Positions 1-10,163 of a stretch of 64,000 nucleotides of DNA are shown piece after piece (position 1 is the first letter of the stretch; the number at the start of each line of letters is the position of its first letter). The stretch comes from an uncultured archaeon (lineage in GTDB: Archaea; Micrarchaeota; Micrarchaeia; Micrarchaeales; CABMGC01). The stretch spans positions 480,001 through 544,000 of the forward strand of contig CAWBCT010000005.1 of the NCBI GenBank assembly GCA_963787445.1, in the 5' to 3' direction. Under the pieces are notes generated by a model. The model searched no databases. It was given only the letters and a program-made list of their open reading frames with translations, and was not told the origin of the DNA. The position numbers and the translations under genes were made by a program.

Positions 1-947
1 CATACCCGGATGAACGAGTAGGAGAGTGCCTGTACTATCTGCAGTTCGTAGGGCACGAGATTGAATGCCAGGAGCAGTGCGCCAAAAATAACGAAGAACA
101 CGACCAGGGCGATGTATTTCAGCCTGGGGCTAAGCGGCTCGCCCGGTGCGTGCCTGATCTTCCCTGGCGGCCTCTTGACAAAGCCGCTGAAGACCCGCCC
201 CTCGGCCTTCCAGTAGTGCAGAAGATGCCTTTCGAGGAAGGAGCTGTGTATTGCCTTCCTGGTGCGGATGTGCTTCTTTATGCGGTACTTGTTGGTGTAC
301 TTTTCAAGGGGTCCGAAGAAGAGGAACCTGGTGATCACCACGGCGACGATGAACAGGGCAACGCCGAGCACGTAGCCCAGCGTGTTTCCTGCCTGCGCCA
401 GGGACGTAAGCGCGACCCCGATTCCATAGGTAACCTTGTAGTTTGCGCTCCCGGTGGAGAAGATCTCGCTTGTGACCAGGTAGAACAGGCCTATCGCCCA
501 GGAGAGCTTCGACTGCTCGACCACCGAGGGCAGGCAGGCGGGGATGAAGATCTTCCTCAGCCTTCCCCAAAAGCCCATCTTGCACAGCCTGCCCAGCTCG
601 AGCAGCTCGTTGGGTATGAGCTTTATCGACTCGTACACCCCGAAAATTATGTTCCAGAGCATGCTGGTTATGATGAGCATGACCACTGCCGCATTGATCC
701 CGATGAACCCGGGCAGTATCACGACCACCACGTATATCGCGAAGGGGAAGAAGGCCAGTATGGGCAGCGTCTGGAGCACGTCGACCACGGGCAGAATAAT
801 CCTCTCGGCTCTCCCGGAGACGGCGGCCCACAGCCCTATGATTATGGCCAGGATTACGGAGATGAAAAGGGCAACGAACATCCTGCCCCACGAGGCAATG
901 ATGTTTATGACAAGATAGCCGACAAGACCCAGAACATCTGTTGCCAT
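1..947 (-). CDS. ABC transporter permease, NitT/TauT (nitrate/sulfonate) family; 3' end runs off the window
   Basis: Manual translation from ATG at 947: MATDVLGLVGYLVINIIASWGRMFVALFIS...DVLQTLPILAFFP...WNIIFGVYESIKLIPNELLELGRL...IFIPA (EAA-like loop). Missing from the ORF track because it is truncated. Confidence 0.8.
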   Translation of the reverse strand, partial: MATDVLGLVGYLVINIIASWGRMFVALFISVILAIIIGLWAAVSGRAERIILPVVDVLQTLPILAFFPFAIYVVVVILPGFIGINAAVVMLIITSMLWNIIFGVYESIKLIPNELLELGRLCKMGFWGRLRKIFIPACLPSVVEQSKLSWAIGLFYLVTSEIFSTGSANYKVTYGIGVALTSLAQAGNTLGYVLGVALFIVAVVITRFLFFGPLEKYTNKYRIKKHIRTRKAIHSSFLERHLLHYWKAEGRVFSGFVKRPPGKIRHAPGEPLSPRLKYIALVVFFVIFGALLLAFNLVPYELQIVQALSYSFIRV

Positions 948-1078
948 GATATGAAAGAGCAACCAACCCTTAAAAGCTTTTCAGCAATCACTTTTCAAGC
1001 ACAAAGTAGTTTTAAAGCATAAATATCTGAAAAATGTAGGAATTTGTACGTGTAGAACAACTTACATGTTCTGATGGA

Positions 1079-1813
1079 GTGCCTGAAATAAACTTCAAAA
1101 ATCCAAAACTCAGAGATGCCATAAGCAGCAGCCGAAGCACAATTTTAAGGGGGGCTATTGTTTGTATGCCAGAAGTAAGAACTATATGGGCTGGTGCTTT
1201 TGATAAAGAAGAAAGCATTGAAGCAAGAGTGAAATGTTCAGAAGAAGTAAGGGAAATATTCAGAGGTTTCGTCTCCATCGGGACCCCCAACCTGCTTAAG
1301 ACAATCAGAGATGCCGATTTGGGATGGGTTTTTGAGGTTCCATGCCCTGAGGTACAGAATAAATTGACAAATAAATCTCAAAACGGACTTCAGATCTTCA
1401 GGGGTGGCGAGGTAATACTGGGCGTTGTCCCAGTTGGTGGCATACTTTTTGGTGCCATGGTATATGAAAATTTGGTAGGTCTAGGGACCAAGCCTCCCGA
1501 AGTCGTATTTGTCGGGTGCTGCAGGAGTTGGACTATGAGCCCAACGACATTCGGAGATGGCACACGAATGGAACCCAAGAAACTTTACATATCAGATCAT
1601 GATACCAACATTCTACGCGATGCCGTGAGAACCGACAAGAAGCTTTTGCTTGTAGACGATGCTATTGCCGGCGGCTACACGCTACATATTCTAGAGAATC
1701 AGTTGAGGAAGTTTAAGCTTAAAATTTACAAGACGGCCGGAAACAAAGCAAAAAGCTGGTACGATTTCCCCTGGCTGCATCGGAAATTTACTGAGAACCT
1801 CATATATCTATGA
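1079..1813 (+). CDS. type I phosphoribosyltransferase-like protein with N-terminal extension
   Basis: PRPP-loop motif LLLVDDAIAGGYTL, upstream VPVGG and C-terminal WYDFPW; GTG start after GGAG. Confidence 0.6.
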   Translation: MPEINFKNPKLRDAISSSRSTILRGAIVCMPEVRTIWAGAFDKEESIEARVKCSEEVREIFRGFVSIGTPNLLKTIRDADLGWVFEVPCPEVQNKLTNKSQNGLQIFRGGEVILGVVPVGGILFGAMVYENLVGLGTKPPEVVFVGCCRSWTMSPTTFGDGTRMEPKKLYISDHDTNILRDAVRTDKKLLLVDDAIAGGYTLHILENQLRKFKLKIYKTAGNKAKSWYDFPWLHRKFTENLIYL

Positions 1814-1832
1814 ATACATGAAAAGAAGCTAT

Positions 1833-2954
1833 TTACGAGAGGTATTCCTTATTCTTTATCTTCTCTCTTATGTACTCGCCCACGAAGGTAAGCCTTGGCC
1901 CCTGTAGCGCGTCCTGTTCGAGCTTTATCTTGGACTTTATCATCCTCTCCAGCTCGCCCTTCCAGTCGTCGTGGCGCTTTATCCACTCGTAGTCAAGCAT
2001 CTCCTGTGCCCTCTTCAGGTCGACTTCGGAGGCCTTTATCGTAAGCTTGTTCAGGAACGCGTACTTGTCCAGGTCCGACATGGTCACTCCTATGAACCTT
2101 GCCTCCGGCGTCGCAACCTCTCCGCCAATGTAAGCCAGGTTTATGCTGCCCGTCTTGATTGTCCAGTAAATGTACCATCCCCAGGCATCTGAGTCGGTGA
2201 AAACGTAGATCGGAAGCCCCATGTCCGCAAGCTTGCGTATGAGCCTCCTGGTCCCCCTCGCCGCCTGCCCCTGCGGGGTCATAAGTATGCAGTTCTCCTT
2301 CTGCCAGAACCGGTCCTCATTGAGCCTCTGCCAGAGCGCGTCCTTCTCCACCACGATTACGTACTTCGCCTTCACTTCGAACTCTATGTCGTTGTCTACG
2401 TCGCTCGGGATCGTCCAGCCGCTCCTGCCCTGCTTGCTGCAGTCTATGGTTATCTCATCGTTGTTCGAGCGGTCTATCACCTTCATGTTGCCCGCGAGCA
2501 CTCCCTTCCTGTTCGCGTTCAGGTTCAGTCCTTCGCGCTTCACGTTCAGCGCCACCTCTATGTCTTCTATGAGCGGGTTCGACTCGGCCTGCTCGTTGAA
2601 CACATTCTCGTCCACGTCCTCTCCCATCGAGAACTTCAGCTGGTAGAACAGGCCCCTTATGGTTGTGTGCAGCCCCTGCTTGACGAAGCTGTGGCACTTT
2701 GCCGCTATCGCTATGGTCTGCATGAAACGCCGTGACTGTGCGACATTGATGAAGTTCCTCTCCTCCTTTGCGTCGCCGAGCTTGAGCAGCCCCTTCTTCG
2801 TATCAAAGATTATGTTGGAGCGGGTCCTTGTGGTGGTCACGAAGCGCGGGTTGTTCCCAAGGCCTATGTCGTGTACTATCTCCTTCCCGAGCGCCTCTAT
2901 CTTCTCGTCCGGCTTGGCCTGTTTCGCTGGTTTCATCTCTTTTTCCTTTGCCAT
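1833..2954 (-). CDS. top6A: DNA topoisomerase VI subunit A
   Basis: TIRGLFY catalytic Tyr region, VVEKDA, Toprim DSDAWG and KLEQDAL motifs. Confidence 0.95.
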   Translation of the reverse strand: MAKEKEMKPAKQAKPDEKIEALGKEIVHDIGLGNNPRFVTTTRTRSNIIFDTKKGLLKLGDAKEERNFINVAQSRRFMQTIAIAAKCHSFVKQGLHTTIRGLFYQLKFSMGEDVDENVFNEQAESNPLIEDIEVALNVKREGLNLNANRKGVLAGNMKVIDRSNNDEITIDCSKQGRSGWTIPSDVDNDIEFEVKAKYVIVVEKDALWQRLNEDRFWQKENCILMTPQGQAARGTRRLIRKLADMGLPIYVFTDSDAWGWYIYWTIKTGSINLAYIGGEVATPEARFIGVTMSDLDKYAFLNKLTIKASEVDLKRAQEMLDYEWIKRHDDWKGELERMIKSKIKLEQDALQGPRLTFVGEYIREKIKNKEYLS

Positions 2955-2962
2955 TCCTGCAC

Positions 2963-4939
2963 CTACTCTTTCTCCTTTATGTCCAGCGGAGCACGTTCCC
3001 TAGAATCGCTCGTTATGTACTGCCTGAGCTTCCTTACCATCTTGTCCCTTCTGGCGCTCCTCTTGAGCGCGTACTGAAGGACGTCTGCGATGTTCTTCAC
3101 CGGGATGATCTTTATCTTCTTGAGCACCCTCTTTTCAATGTATATGTCCTTGGCGTTGCTTTCAGGTATAATTACGAACTTCATCCCCGCCTCTATGGCG
3201 GCGATTATCTTGTTGCTGATTCCCCCTACTGGGAGGACCTCTCCTCTCACCGAGAGCGAGCCCGTCATCGCGGTCTCCTCGTTAACCGGGATTCCCTCCA
3301 TCGCGGATATCACCGCCACTGCCACGGAGATGCTCGCGCTGTCCCCCTCAACGCCTTCGTAGGTCTGGAGGAACTGGACGTGTATGTCGTAATTCGTCAT
3401 GTCCGTGCCCATGTGGCGCTTTATTATGGCGCTTATGTTCTTGACCGCCTCCTGGGCTATCTTGCCCAGCTTGCCGGTTGGGATGAACTTGCCCTCGGTT
3501 CTCGAGCTTGCCGGTGTGACCTCGGCGACTATGGGCAGCACTATTCCTGCTGACAGGTAGGAGGATCCCACCACGGCCAGGCCGTTCACCCGCCCTATCT
3601 GGTAGCCCTTTGTCTTGAAGATCTTGTAGTCCTTCCTGTACTCAAGGCTTTGCGCCACGTACTGGGCCTCTATCGGCCTTGCAAGGGTCATGGCCGCAGA
3701 GACGTCCGCCGCTGTGACCACTTTCTTGTTGTTCTCGACTGCGATGTCCCCGGCTGCACGTATAAGTCCCCCAAGGTCCCTCAATATGAGCGTAAGCCTC
3801 TCCTTCCTTCCGCTTCGTCTCCGAGCATCCTCCACTATCGCCATGCAGGCCTCGTAGTCGAAAGGCGGGATCTTCTTGTCCTTCTTGATCTCCTGGGCTA
3901 TGAACTTTATCAGCTTCTCCCTGTTTGCTTCTGTGTCTGGCATCGAGTCCTCCATGTAGACCTCGTAGCCGTAGCCCCTGATCCTCGACCGGAGTGCGGG
4001 GTGCATCTTGTTGATGTCCTGAAGGTTTCCTGCTGCCACAAGAAGGAAGTCGCAGGGGACCGGCTCGGTCCTTATGAGCGCTCCGGAGCTCATCTCGCTC
4101 TGTCCTGTTATGGAATACCTCTTCTCCTGCATCGCCGTGAGCAGCTCCTGCTGGGACTTGGGCTCTATATCGGCTATCTCGTCTATGAAGAGCACTCCCT
4201 TGTTCGCCCTGTGTATCGCGCCACTCTCGACCCTGAGATGGGGCGGCGTGCCGAGCCCTCCCGACTGCAGGGGATCGTGGCGCACATCTCCGAATAGCGC
4301 GCCCGCCCTGGAACCTGTTGCGTCGACAAAAGGGGCATGGGTGAGGCCCGTGTTGTCTATTATCAGCTTGGGCTCATTTGTCTCAAACATGCCTGGCATT
4401 ATCCCGCCCACGCGCTTGAAGCTTCCCACAAAGAGCCACATCGAGCCGAAGATGAAGACCCCGAGTATGACCGCAGCAACCACCAGTATCTCATAGCCCT
4501 GGATGTAGTTGGAGAAGCTCACTATGAGCAACACGGCTACTATAATCAGAATTATTGGGACTATGTTTGTCTTGCCCTTCGAGACGTCCGCCTTCCCGCG
4601 CATCCTCTCCTTCTGGACCATGATGCGCCCCTGTCCGTCCCCGAGTGGTTTCCCTTCCTCCGGCTTCTGAGGATATGTCTTGACGCTCTTTATCACCGGC
4701 CTGTTCTCGTCGTTGGGGTTCTTGAATACAAGCACGTCCTCGAGGTCGGCATTGGGCAGGAGTTCTGCTATGCCCTGGGCAAGCATCGTCTTTCCTGTCC
4801 CTGGCTGCCCTATGAGGAGCACATTGCGGTGCTGTTTTGCCGCCTTTCTCGTTATCTCCACCGCCCTGTCCTGGCCTATCACCTGGTCGATGACCTTGTC
4901 CGAGACTTTTATATCGTCCGTTGTCTTGAAACGTTTCAT
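2963..4939 (-). CDS. lonB: archaeal membrane-bound ATP-dependent protease LonB
   Basis: Walker A GQPGTGKT, two TM helices inside the AAA domain, LFIDEI, GDSAS catalytic Ser and GGISNK Lys. Confidence 0.96.
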   Translation of the reverse strand: MKRFKTTDDIKVSDKVIDQVIGQDRAVEITRKAAKQHRNVLLIGQPGTGKTMLAQGIAELLPNADLEDVLVFKNPNDENRPVIKSVKTYPQKPEEGKPLGDGQGRIMVQKERMRGKADVSKGKTNIVPIILIIVAVLLIVSFSNYIQGYEILVVAAVILGVFIFGSMWLFVGSFKRVGGIMPGMFETNEPKLIIDNTGLTHAPFVDATGSRAGALFGDVRHDPLQSGGLGTPPHLRVESGAIHRANKGVLFIDEIADIEPKSQQELLTAMQEKRYSITGQSEMSSGALIRTEPVPCDFLLVAAGNLQDINKMHPALRSRIRGYGYEVYMEDSMPDTEANREKLIKFIAQEIKKDKKIPPFDYEACMAIVEDARRRSGRKERLTLILRDLGGLIRAAGDIAVENNKKVVTAADVSAAMTLARPIEAQYVAQSLEYRKDYKIFKTKGYQIGRVNGLAVVGSSYLSAGIVLPIVAEVTPASSRTEGKFIPTGKLGKIAQEAVKNISAIIKRHMGTDMTNYDIHVQFLQTYEGVEGDSASISVAVAVISAMEGIPVNEETAMTGSLSVRGEVLPVGGISNKIIAAIEAGMKFVIIPESNAKDIYIEKRVLKKIKIIPVKNIADVLQYALKRSARRDKMVRKLRQYITSDSRERAPLDIKEKE

Positions 4940-5007
4940 GCTGGCACTCGTAGAATGGGTAGTATAATCTACTAAGGTATTAAAGTATTTATATTCAAGC
5001 CCGGCGT

Positions 5008-7218
5008 TTAGGTATTTTCTTCAGGCTTCTTCCTGGCCGCTTTTCGCTTTGCCGGTGCGTCTTTTTTCGGCTTAGCTTCAGCTTTTGTCCCCTTAGATTT
5101 CACCTTCCCCTCTGCCGCCTTCTTTAGTTCTATGGCCTTCACTACTGCAGGACCCTCCTCGGTCTTCGCCTTCGAGTTCCAGTCCTTCTTGCTTTCACAG
5201 TTGGGATCGAGGCACATCTCGAAGACCTTTCCCTTGCTGAAGACCTTGATCTTCGGCGACTTGCAGAGCTCGCACACCTTGTTGAGCGGCACGACCTTTG
5301 CATACTGCGGCAGGGGGTAGCCGTTGCTGCACTTCGGCCAATTGCTGCATCCGACAAACTGCTTGCCGATCCTCGACTTCCTTATTGAAAGGTTTCCGCC
5401 GCACTTAGGGCACAAGCCAAGGATATCCGCTTTCTCGCTGTCTTGGAGACCTTTGCCAAGCGCCTGGCCTATCTCCTTGCCGTTTACCGCGAACTCCTTT
5501 ATTATTTTTGTAAGTATCTCTTTGCCCTCCTCAACTACCTTCTCCTTCTTTATCTTGCCTTTAGTAATCTCCTCAAGGTCGTCTTCGAGCTTCTTTGTCA
5601 TCTCCTCTTCGGTTATCTCCGGGCAGTATTTTGATAATGCCTCATAGACGCTCATCCCGAAGCTCGTCACCTCCAGTTTTGAGTTCTGAATATACCCCCT
5701 GTTGAGCAGGGTGTCTATTATTGCTGCACGCGTGGCTTTGGTCCCAAGGTTCTTCTTCTCGAGCAGGCCAATGAGTGCTGCCTTTGTGTAACGCTTCGGA
5801 GGCTCTGTCTTGCCCTCCTTCATGTAGGCATCGTCTATCTTTATCGGAGCACCCTTTGCAAATCTCGGGATCTCAAGCTCCTTCGGCTTGTAATACTGCT
5901 CGTAGAACTTCAGCCAGCCCTTCTCCGTTATCGTCTCCCCAGTGGCATAGTACTCCTCGCCGTTCACCCCTATCGTTGCGCTGCGCCTCTGCCCCTTTGC
6001 ATACTCTGCAAAGCAGGAGAGGAACCGCTTTACTATAAGGTCGTAGATCTTCGCCTCCTCCGTGCTCATCGTCTTCGGCTTCTCTCCGGTAGGGTAGATT
6101 GCCGGATGGGCCTCGTCAACCTTTATTCCTTCATGAGGCCTGAACCTTGACTTTGCAATAAGTTCCTTCGCGAGCTCCGAATAGCTCTCAGACTCACCCA
6201 ACATCGTTATCACCCGCTTCAGGTTCAGTGTAGGTGGCAGCTTCTGGGACGAGGTTCTTGGGTATGAGATGTACGATCTCTCGTAAAGCGCCTGGGCGAT
6301 CGCCAGAGTCCTCGACGGGTCTATCCTGAAAGCCCTGCTCGCCTCAAGTTGAAGAGAGGTCAGATCAAACGGAGGAAACGGCGCATGCATCTCCTCTTTC
6401 TCATCAAAAGCTGTTACTACCCCTTTTCCTGACTTTGTTTTTTCTAAACTCTCTTCCGCTACCTCCTTTTTCTCTATGTTGCCTTTCCTATTCTCAAATT
6501 CTGTGCCTTCGATCTTTGCGAAGAGCTTCCAGAACGGCGCCGAGACGAAGTTCCTTATCTCCACATCGCGCTTCGCAAGAATTCCCAGCGTTGGTCCCTG
6601 AACCCTGCCTATGCTCATGACTTTCTTCATGCCATTCGCATAAAGCGCATTCATCAGGGCTCTGCTCATGTTTATTCCCCACATCCAGTCTAGCTCGTGC
6701 CTCGCCTCTCCAGCATCGAAGTTGCTGAAGTCGAACTCCACCATGTTCTCATAAGCGTATTCGAGGTCGGGCTTGGTCGTTGTTGAGAACCGCATTCTTC
6801 CCAGCTGGCCTGACTTCAGCTCCGTATTCACGTCCTTGTTCACAACGGTCTTTATGATGTTTGTGCCGATGACACTGCCCTCAAGGTCATAGTCACAGGC
6901 ATTGATGAAGAATGTGCAGCGTTTCGCTATCTGTTCTATGGTGTCCAGATACCTCTTTGTGAAGTACGCATCCTTGTTCACCTTGTAGGATGGGATCCAT
7001 TCGATATCGAATATCGGCAAGGTGTTTTTCGTCTTGTCCCGCTGGTGCAGGGTGAAGAGGTGGCCTGCCGCCGCCACGATGAACAAGACATCGTTTCCCT
7101 TTTGCACCTCAAAGTAACCCACCTCGTTGACGTTAAACCTTTTAGGCTGCGAGTCTCCCAATGATAGAGCTAATCGCAGCGCTACGCTAGGTTTCTCTGC
7201 TATGACCAACTTGTTCAC
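5008..7218 (-). CDS. topA: type IA DNA topoisomerase with C-terminal Zn ribbons and Lys-rich tail
   Basis: [28 protein letters not shown] catalytic Tyr, CPKC/CSNWPKC ribbons. Confidence 0.96.
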   Translation of the reverse strand: MNKLVIAEKPSVALRLALSLGDSQPKRFNVNEVGYFEVQKGNDVLFIVAAAGHLFTLHQRDKTKNTLPIFDIEWIPSYKVNKDAYFTKRYLDTIEQIAKRCTFFINACDYDLEGSVIGTNIIKTVVNKDVNTELKSGQLGRMRFSTTTKPDLEYAYENMVEFDFSNFDAGEARHELDWMWGINMSRALMNALYANGMKKVMSIGRVQGPTLGILAKRDVEIRNFVSAPFWKLFAKIEGTEFENRKGNIEKKEVAEESLEKTKSGKGVVTAFDEKEEMHAPFPPFDLTSLQLEASRAFRIDPSRTLAIAQALYERSYISYPRTSSQKLPPTLNLKRVITMLGESESYSELAKELIAKSRFRPHEGIKVDEAHPAIYPTGEKPKTMSTEEAKIYDLIVKRFLSCFAEYAKGQRRSATIGVNGEEYYATGETITEKGWLKFYEQYYKPKELEIPRFAKGAPIKIDDAYMKEGKTEPPKRYTKAALIGLLEKKNLGTKATRAAIIDTLLNRGYIQNSKLEVTSFGMSVYEALSKYCPEITEEEMTKKLEDDLEEITKGKIKKEKVVEEGKEILTKIIKEFAVNGKEIGQALGKGLQDSEKADILGLCPKCGGNLSIRKSRIGKQFVGCSNWPKCSNGYPLPQYAKVVPLNKVCELCKSPKIKVFSKGKVFEMCLDPNCESKKDWNSKAKTEEGPAVVKAIELKKAAEGKVKSKGTKAEAKPKKDAPAKRKAARKKPEENT

Positions 7219-7222
7219 GGTC

Positions 7223-7438
7223 TCACCTCTTCGACTTCTTGCCTTTTGCTGTTCTGTTCGCGAGCTTGGCCTCCCTTGAGATTCTGTAGGATGTGTACAC
7301 TCCGGCTATCAGCGCCAGTACCGCCACGAGATAGAACAAAGGACTGCCACCCGTAAATATGAATGAGATGAATGCAACAATGGTAAGTGCTATCACTGCA
7401 GCGGACGCCATTACCGATATGCGCTCATGTTCCTCCAT
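7223..7438 (-). CDS. small two-TM membrane protein
   Basis: Two hydrophobic segments and a basic tail; 4 nt from the topA start; TATA-like element upstream. Confidence 0.65.
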   Translation of the reverse strand: MEEHERISVMASAAVIALTIVAFISFIFTGGSPLFYLVAVLALIAGVYTSYRISREAKLANRTAKGKKSKR

Positions 7439-7586
7439 TCCTATCCTGCTCTGGTATTCTAGATATTCTCAAAAACTATAAATGTATTGGGGTGGATCCG
7501 GCTGCTTGCACGGGCACCATGCAAACCTGACCGCCACATCAGCCTTTTATTAATTCCCTTCACATATCTCGCAGTAGGTTGATGCA

Positions 7587-7946
7587 TTGCTTAATGAGCT
7601 TGAGATACTCGTGGCGAGTTTCATCTCCGCCGGTTTGGTTGGCGTCTCGCAGTACCTGATGAAGAAACACATAGGCAAGCTAAAGCCAAGCCTGAAGGGC
7701 ATGGTTAGCCTGCTTCACAACAAGGGCGTACTGATCGGCCTGGCCACCCTCTTCTGCGGCGCGCTCTTCTATCTGCTGGCGCTGAGCTCCGGCGACCTCG
7801 ATTTCGTCTATCCGATATCGGAAAGCGCCTTCATCTTCGTGCTCATAATCTCTGCGGTGATGTTCAAGGAGCGCATCAGCAAGAAGCGCATTCTCGGCGT
7901 ACTGCTAATACTTCTTGGAATTACCATCATAGCGCTTACCTTCTAG
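7587..7946 (+). CDS. EamA/SMR-like 4-TM transporter subunit A, copy 1
   Basis: SQYLMKK, LDFVYPI, FKERISKKRILG motifs. Confidence 0.8.
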   Translation: MLNELEILVASFISAGLVGVSQYLMKKHIGKLKPSLKGMVSLLHNKGVLIGLATLFCGALFYLLALSSGDLDFVYPISESAFIFVLIISAVMFKERISKKRILGVLLILLGITIIALTF

Positions 7947-7953
7947 TGAGAAC

Positions 7954-8292
7954 ATGGACTACGAAACAAAAGCATTTCTCGTCTTCGCCCTTATCGTGAG
8001 TTCACTCTTTGCCTCTGTCGGGCAACTCTTCTTCAAACTCGGATTTGAAAACACCATAATAACCTTCTTAATCTACATAGCAATCGGCATAATCTTCTAC
8101 GGTGTCTCTACGTTGATCTACCTATTCGTGCTTGGCCGCGCCCACCTGAGCTGGGTGTACAGCTTCGGCGGACTGAGCTACATCTTCACCAGCTTCTTCG
8201 CCATCTTCTTCCTGAGCGAGCCGATGAGTCTGGGCCGCTGGGTCGGGGTAATCCTCATAATCATAGGTTCTGTGCTGATAAGCCTGAGCTGA
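7954..8292 (+). CDS. EamA/SMR-like (ArnE/ArnF-like) 4-TM transporter subunit B, copy 1
   Basis: GQLFFKLG, LSWVYS, LSEPMSLGRWVG. Confidence 0.8.
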   Translation: MDYETKAFLVFALIVSSLFASVGQLFFKLGFENTIITFLIYIAIGIIFYGVSTLIYLFVLGRAHLSWVYSFGGLSYIFTSFFAIFFLSEPMSLGRWVGVILIIIGSVLISLS

Positions 8293-8341
8293 CCCGCCAG
8301 GCTTTTATTGGTTCTCTGCATATACACCTTGGGCTGTTCTT

Positions 8342-8701
8342 TTGTTTGGCGAAGTTGAGATCATAGCACTTACCTTGGTTGCCGCAGCTCTTGCCGCAAC
8401 TTCACAGTATTTCATGAAGAAGTACGTCCACAAGTTTCAGTTTGACATAAAAGGCGCCCTAACACTGCTAAAGAACAGGGGCATACTGGTCAGCATCGGC
8501 CTCTACTTTTTCAGTGCGGTGTTCTATCTGCTTGCACTCAATTCCGGTGAGCTGGACTTTGTGTACCCGATCTTCGCAAGTACCTTCATCTTCGTGCTCA
8601 TAATCTCCGCGGTGATGTTCAGGGAGCACATCGGCAAGAAGCGCCTTCTCGGCGTCCTGCTTGTGGTATTCGGAATAGTGATAATAGCGATGACTTATTA
8701 G
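8342..8701 (+). CDS. EamA/SMR-like 4-TM transporter subunit A, copy 2
   Basis: Paralog of 7587..7946 with the same length (119 aa). Confidence 0.8.
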   Translation: MFGEVEIIALTLVAAALAATSQYFMKKYVHKFQFDIKGALTLLKNRGILVSIGLYFFSAVFYLLALNSGELDFVYPIFASTFIFVLIISAVMFREHIGKKRLLGVLLVVFGIVIIAMTY

Positions 8702-8708
8702 TGATTGG

Positions 8709-9047
8709 ATGGATAGGGAAACCAAAACATTTTTCGTGTGCATGCTGATGGTAGGTCTGCTCTTCGGGGCAACAGGCCAGCTCCTATTGAAGCTCGGCCT
8801 TCTGAATACAACTCCTCTTCTAGAGCTGTTCATACTTCTCGGCGTTGCGCTATACGGGCTATCAACAGTTATCTACCTCTATATTCTCAGCCGCACTCAC
8901 CTGAGCTGGGTCTACAGCCTAGGCGGCCTTAGCTACGTCTTCGCAACCATACTCGCCGTGTTCGTTCTGGATGAACCGACAAGCCTGGCACGCTGGCTAG
9001 GGGTCGCAGTGATAGCAATAGGCTGCATCCTAATAGGGCTTAGCTGA
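8709..9047 (+). CDS. EamA/SMR-like 4-TM transporter subunit B, copy 2
   Basis: Paralog of 7954..8292 with the same length (112 aa). Confidence 0.8.
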   Translation: MDRETKTFFVCMLMVGLLFGATGQLLLKLGLLNTTPLLELFILLGVALYGLSTVIYLYILSRTHLSWVYSLGGLSYVFATILAVFVLDEPTSLARWLGVAVIAIGCILIGLS

Positions 9048-9068
9048 TCTTATTTGAGATTAACCGGT

Positions 9069-9968
9069 TTACTCCTCCCTGCGCTTGACCTTCCTGCCCT
9101 TCGGCGAATCAATCGTGTTCATGTAGTCTATCACAGACCCGTATATTGCTGACTTGAGGTCCGCTCTCCCCTTGAACTCGGATTCCAGATGCACAGTTAT
9201 GACATAAATCTCGTTATGGAGGTACTCAATGTCAATCTTGAACCAGCGTATCTTCTTCGCCTTGAGCTCCCTAGAGATTATGACCTTTAGCTTATCATAA
9301 GGAACCTTTGTGTTGATATCAAACTGCATTTTTATTATGTTCTCCTTGGCTCTCCTGTAGTTTATCACCAACGCCTGAACAACGACATTGTTCGGAACAT
9401 AAACAGGCATCGCCTCGTCGTTTTCGAGCTCGGTGTAGAGAAGGCCTATGGTCTTTATCACTCCGGTGAAGCCCGGAATAAACTTGTCATGCGGATAGCT
9501 CTGCGGCTGCAGGGTATACTGCCAGGTATGTATCGTAACCCTGTCACCCGGCTCAAAGACCCCGCTTGTGAGCAGATACACCCCGGCTATAAAGTTGGAG
9601 AGCGTAGACTGCGCCGCAAGACCAAACACTATGCCCAAGAATCCCGCGCTCACAAGCAGGCCCGTAATGTCCACGTTGAGCTTGTAGAAGATGAAAACGA
9701 TCAGGATTATGTACGCGAGCACCCTGAACAGAGTCCTAATGGTCTTCGATTCAACCTTGTTCGCACCCATCCCAACAAAGCGCTGCACGGCTATGCCTAC
9801 TATCTCAATAATTATTATTCCCGCGAAAATTTGAAGCACTATCGATTCCGCAGCATTTCCTGACGCCACTCCAAGATAGATGAGGCCAGCGTAGAATGCC
9901 GCTAGGAGCAGAACCACTACGATGCCAATCTCAACATTCCTCAGAGTTTTTGCAGTTTCCTTTCCCAT
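9069..9968 (-). CDS. mscS: small-conductance mechanosensitive channel, MscS family
   Basis: GLLVSAGFLGIVFGLAAQSTLSNFIAG pore helix, FEPGDRV, YVPN. Confidence 0.9.
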   Translation of the reverse strand: MGKETAKTLRNVEIGIVVVLLLAAFYAGLIYLGVASGNAAESIVLQIFAGIIIIEIVGIAVQRFVGMGANKVESKTIRTLFRVLAYIILIVFIFYKLNVDITGLLVSAGFLGIVFGLAAQSTLSNFIAGVYLLTSGVFEPGDRVTIHTWQYTLQPQSYPHDKFIPGFTGVIKTIGLLYTELENDEAMPVYVPNNVVVQALVINYRRAKENIIKMQFDINTKVPYDKLKVIISRELKAKKIRWFKIDIEYLHNEIYVITVHLESEFKGRADLKSAIYGSVIDYMNTIDSPKGRKVKRREE

Positions 9969-10163
9969 AAACCTATTCCTCTATCCGAGCGTATTTATAT
10001 ATTCAGCCCTCGGGGTGTTCTATATACAAGTAAAATGGTATTACCTACATCTTTATAAACTTGTATGTACAAAACTGTTCCATGCGTTTAGAGTAATCTA
10101 CTTATATCCCCACCCTCTAAACGCTATTTTTTAAATTAAGATATTAGCGAAGCGGATTCGCAG

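Larger units (their letters stand above)
7587..9047 (+). repeat. tandem duplication of a two-gene unit, period 755 bp
   Basis: Start offsets 8342-7587 and 8709-7954 are both 755; similar upstream ctgacc(c)gcca...cttttatt motif in both copies. Confidence 0.9.

Noticed and set aside
150-1022. 290-aa + strand ORF and many other long antisense ORFs (e.g. 2828-3553, 30237-31004, 42784-43608)
   Set aside because: Shadow frames of recognisable genes on the other strand or frame; no motifs
10083-10112. dif/Xer-like site or replication origin
   Set aside because: Arms do not fit an 11-6-11 palindrome; no ORB-like G-string and no cdc6 nearby
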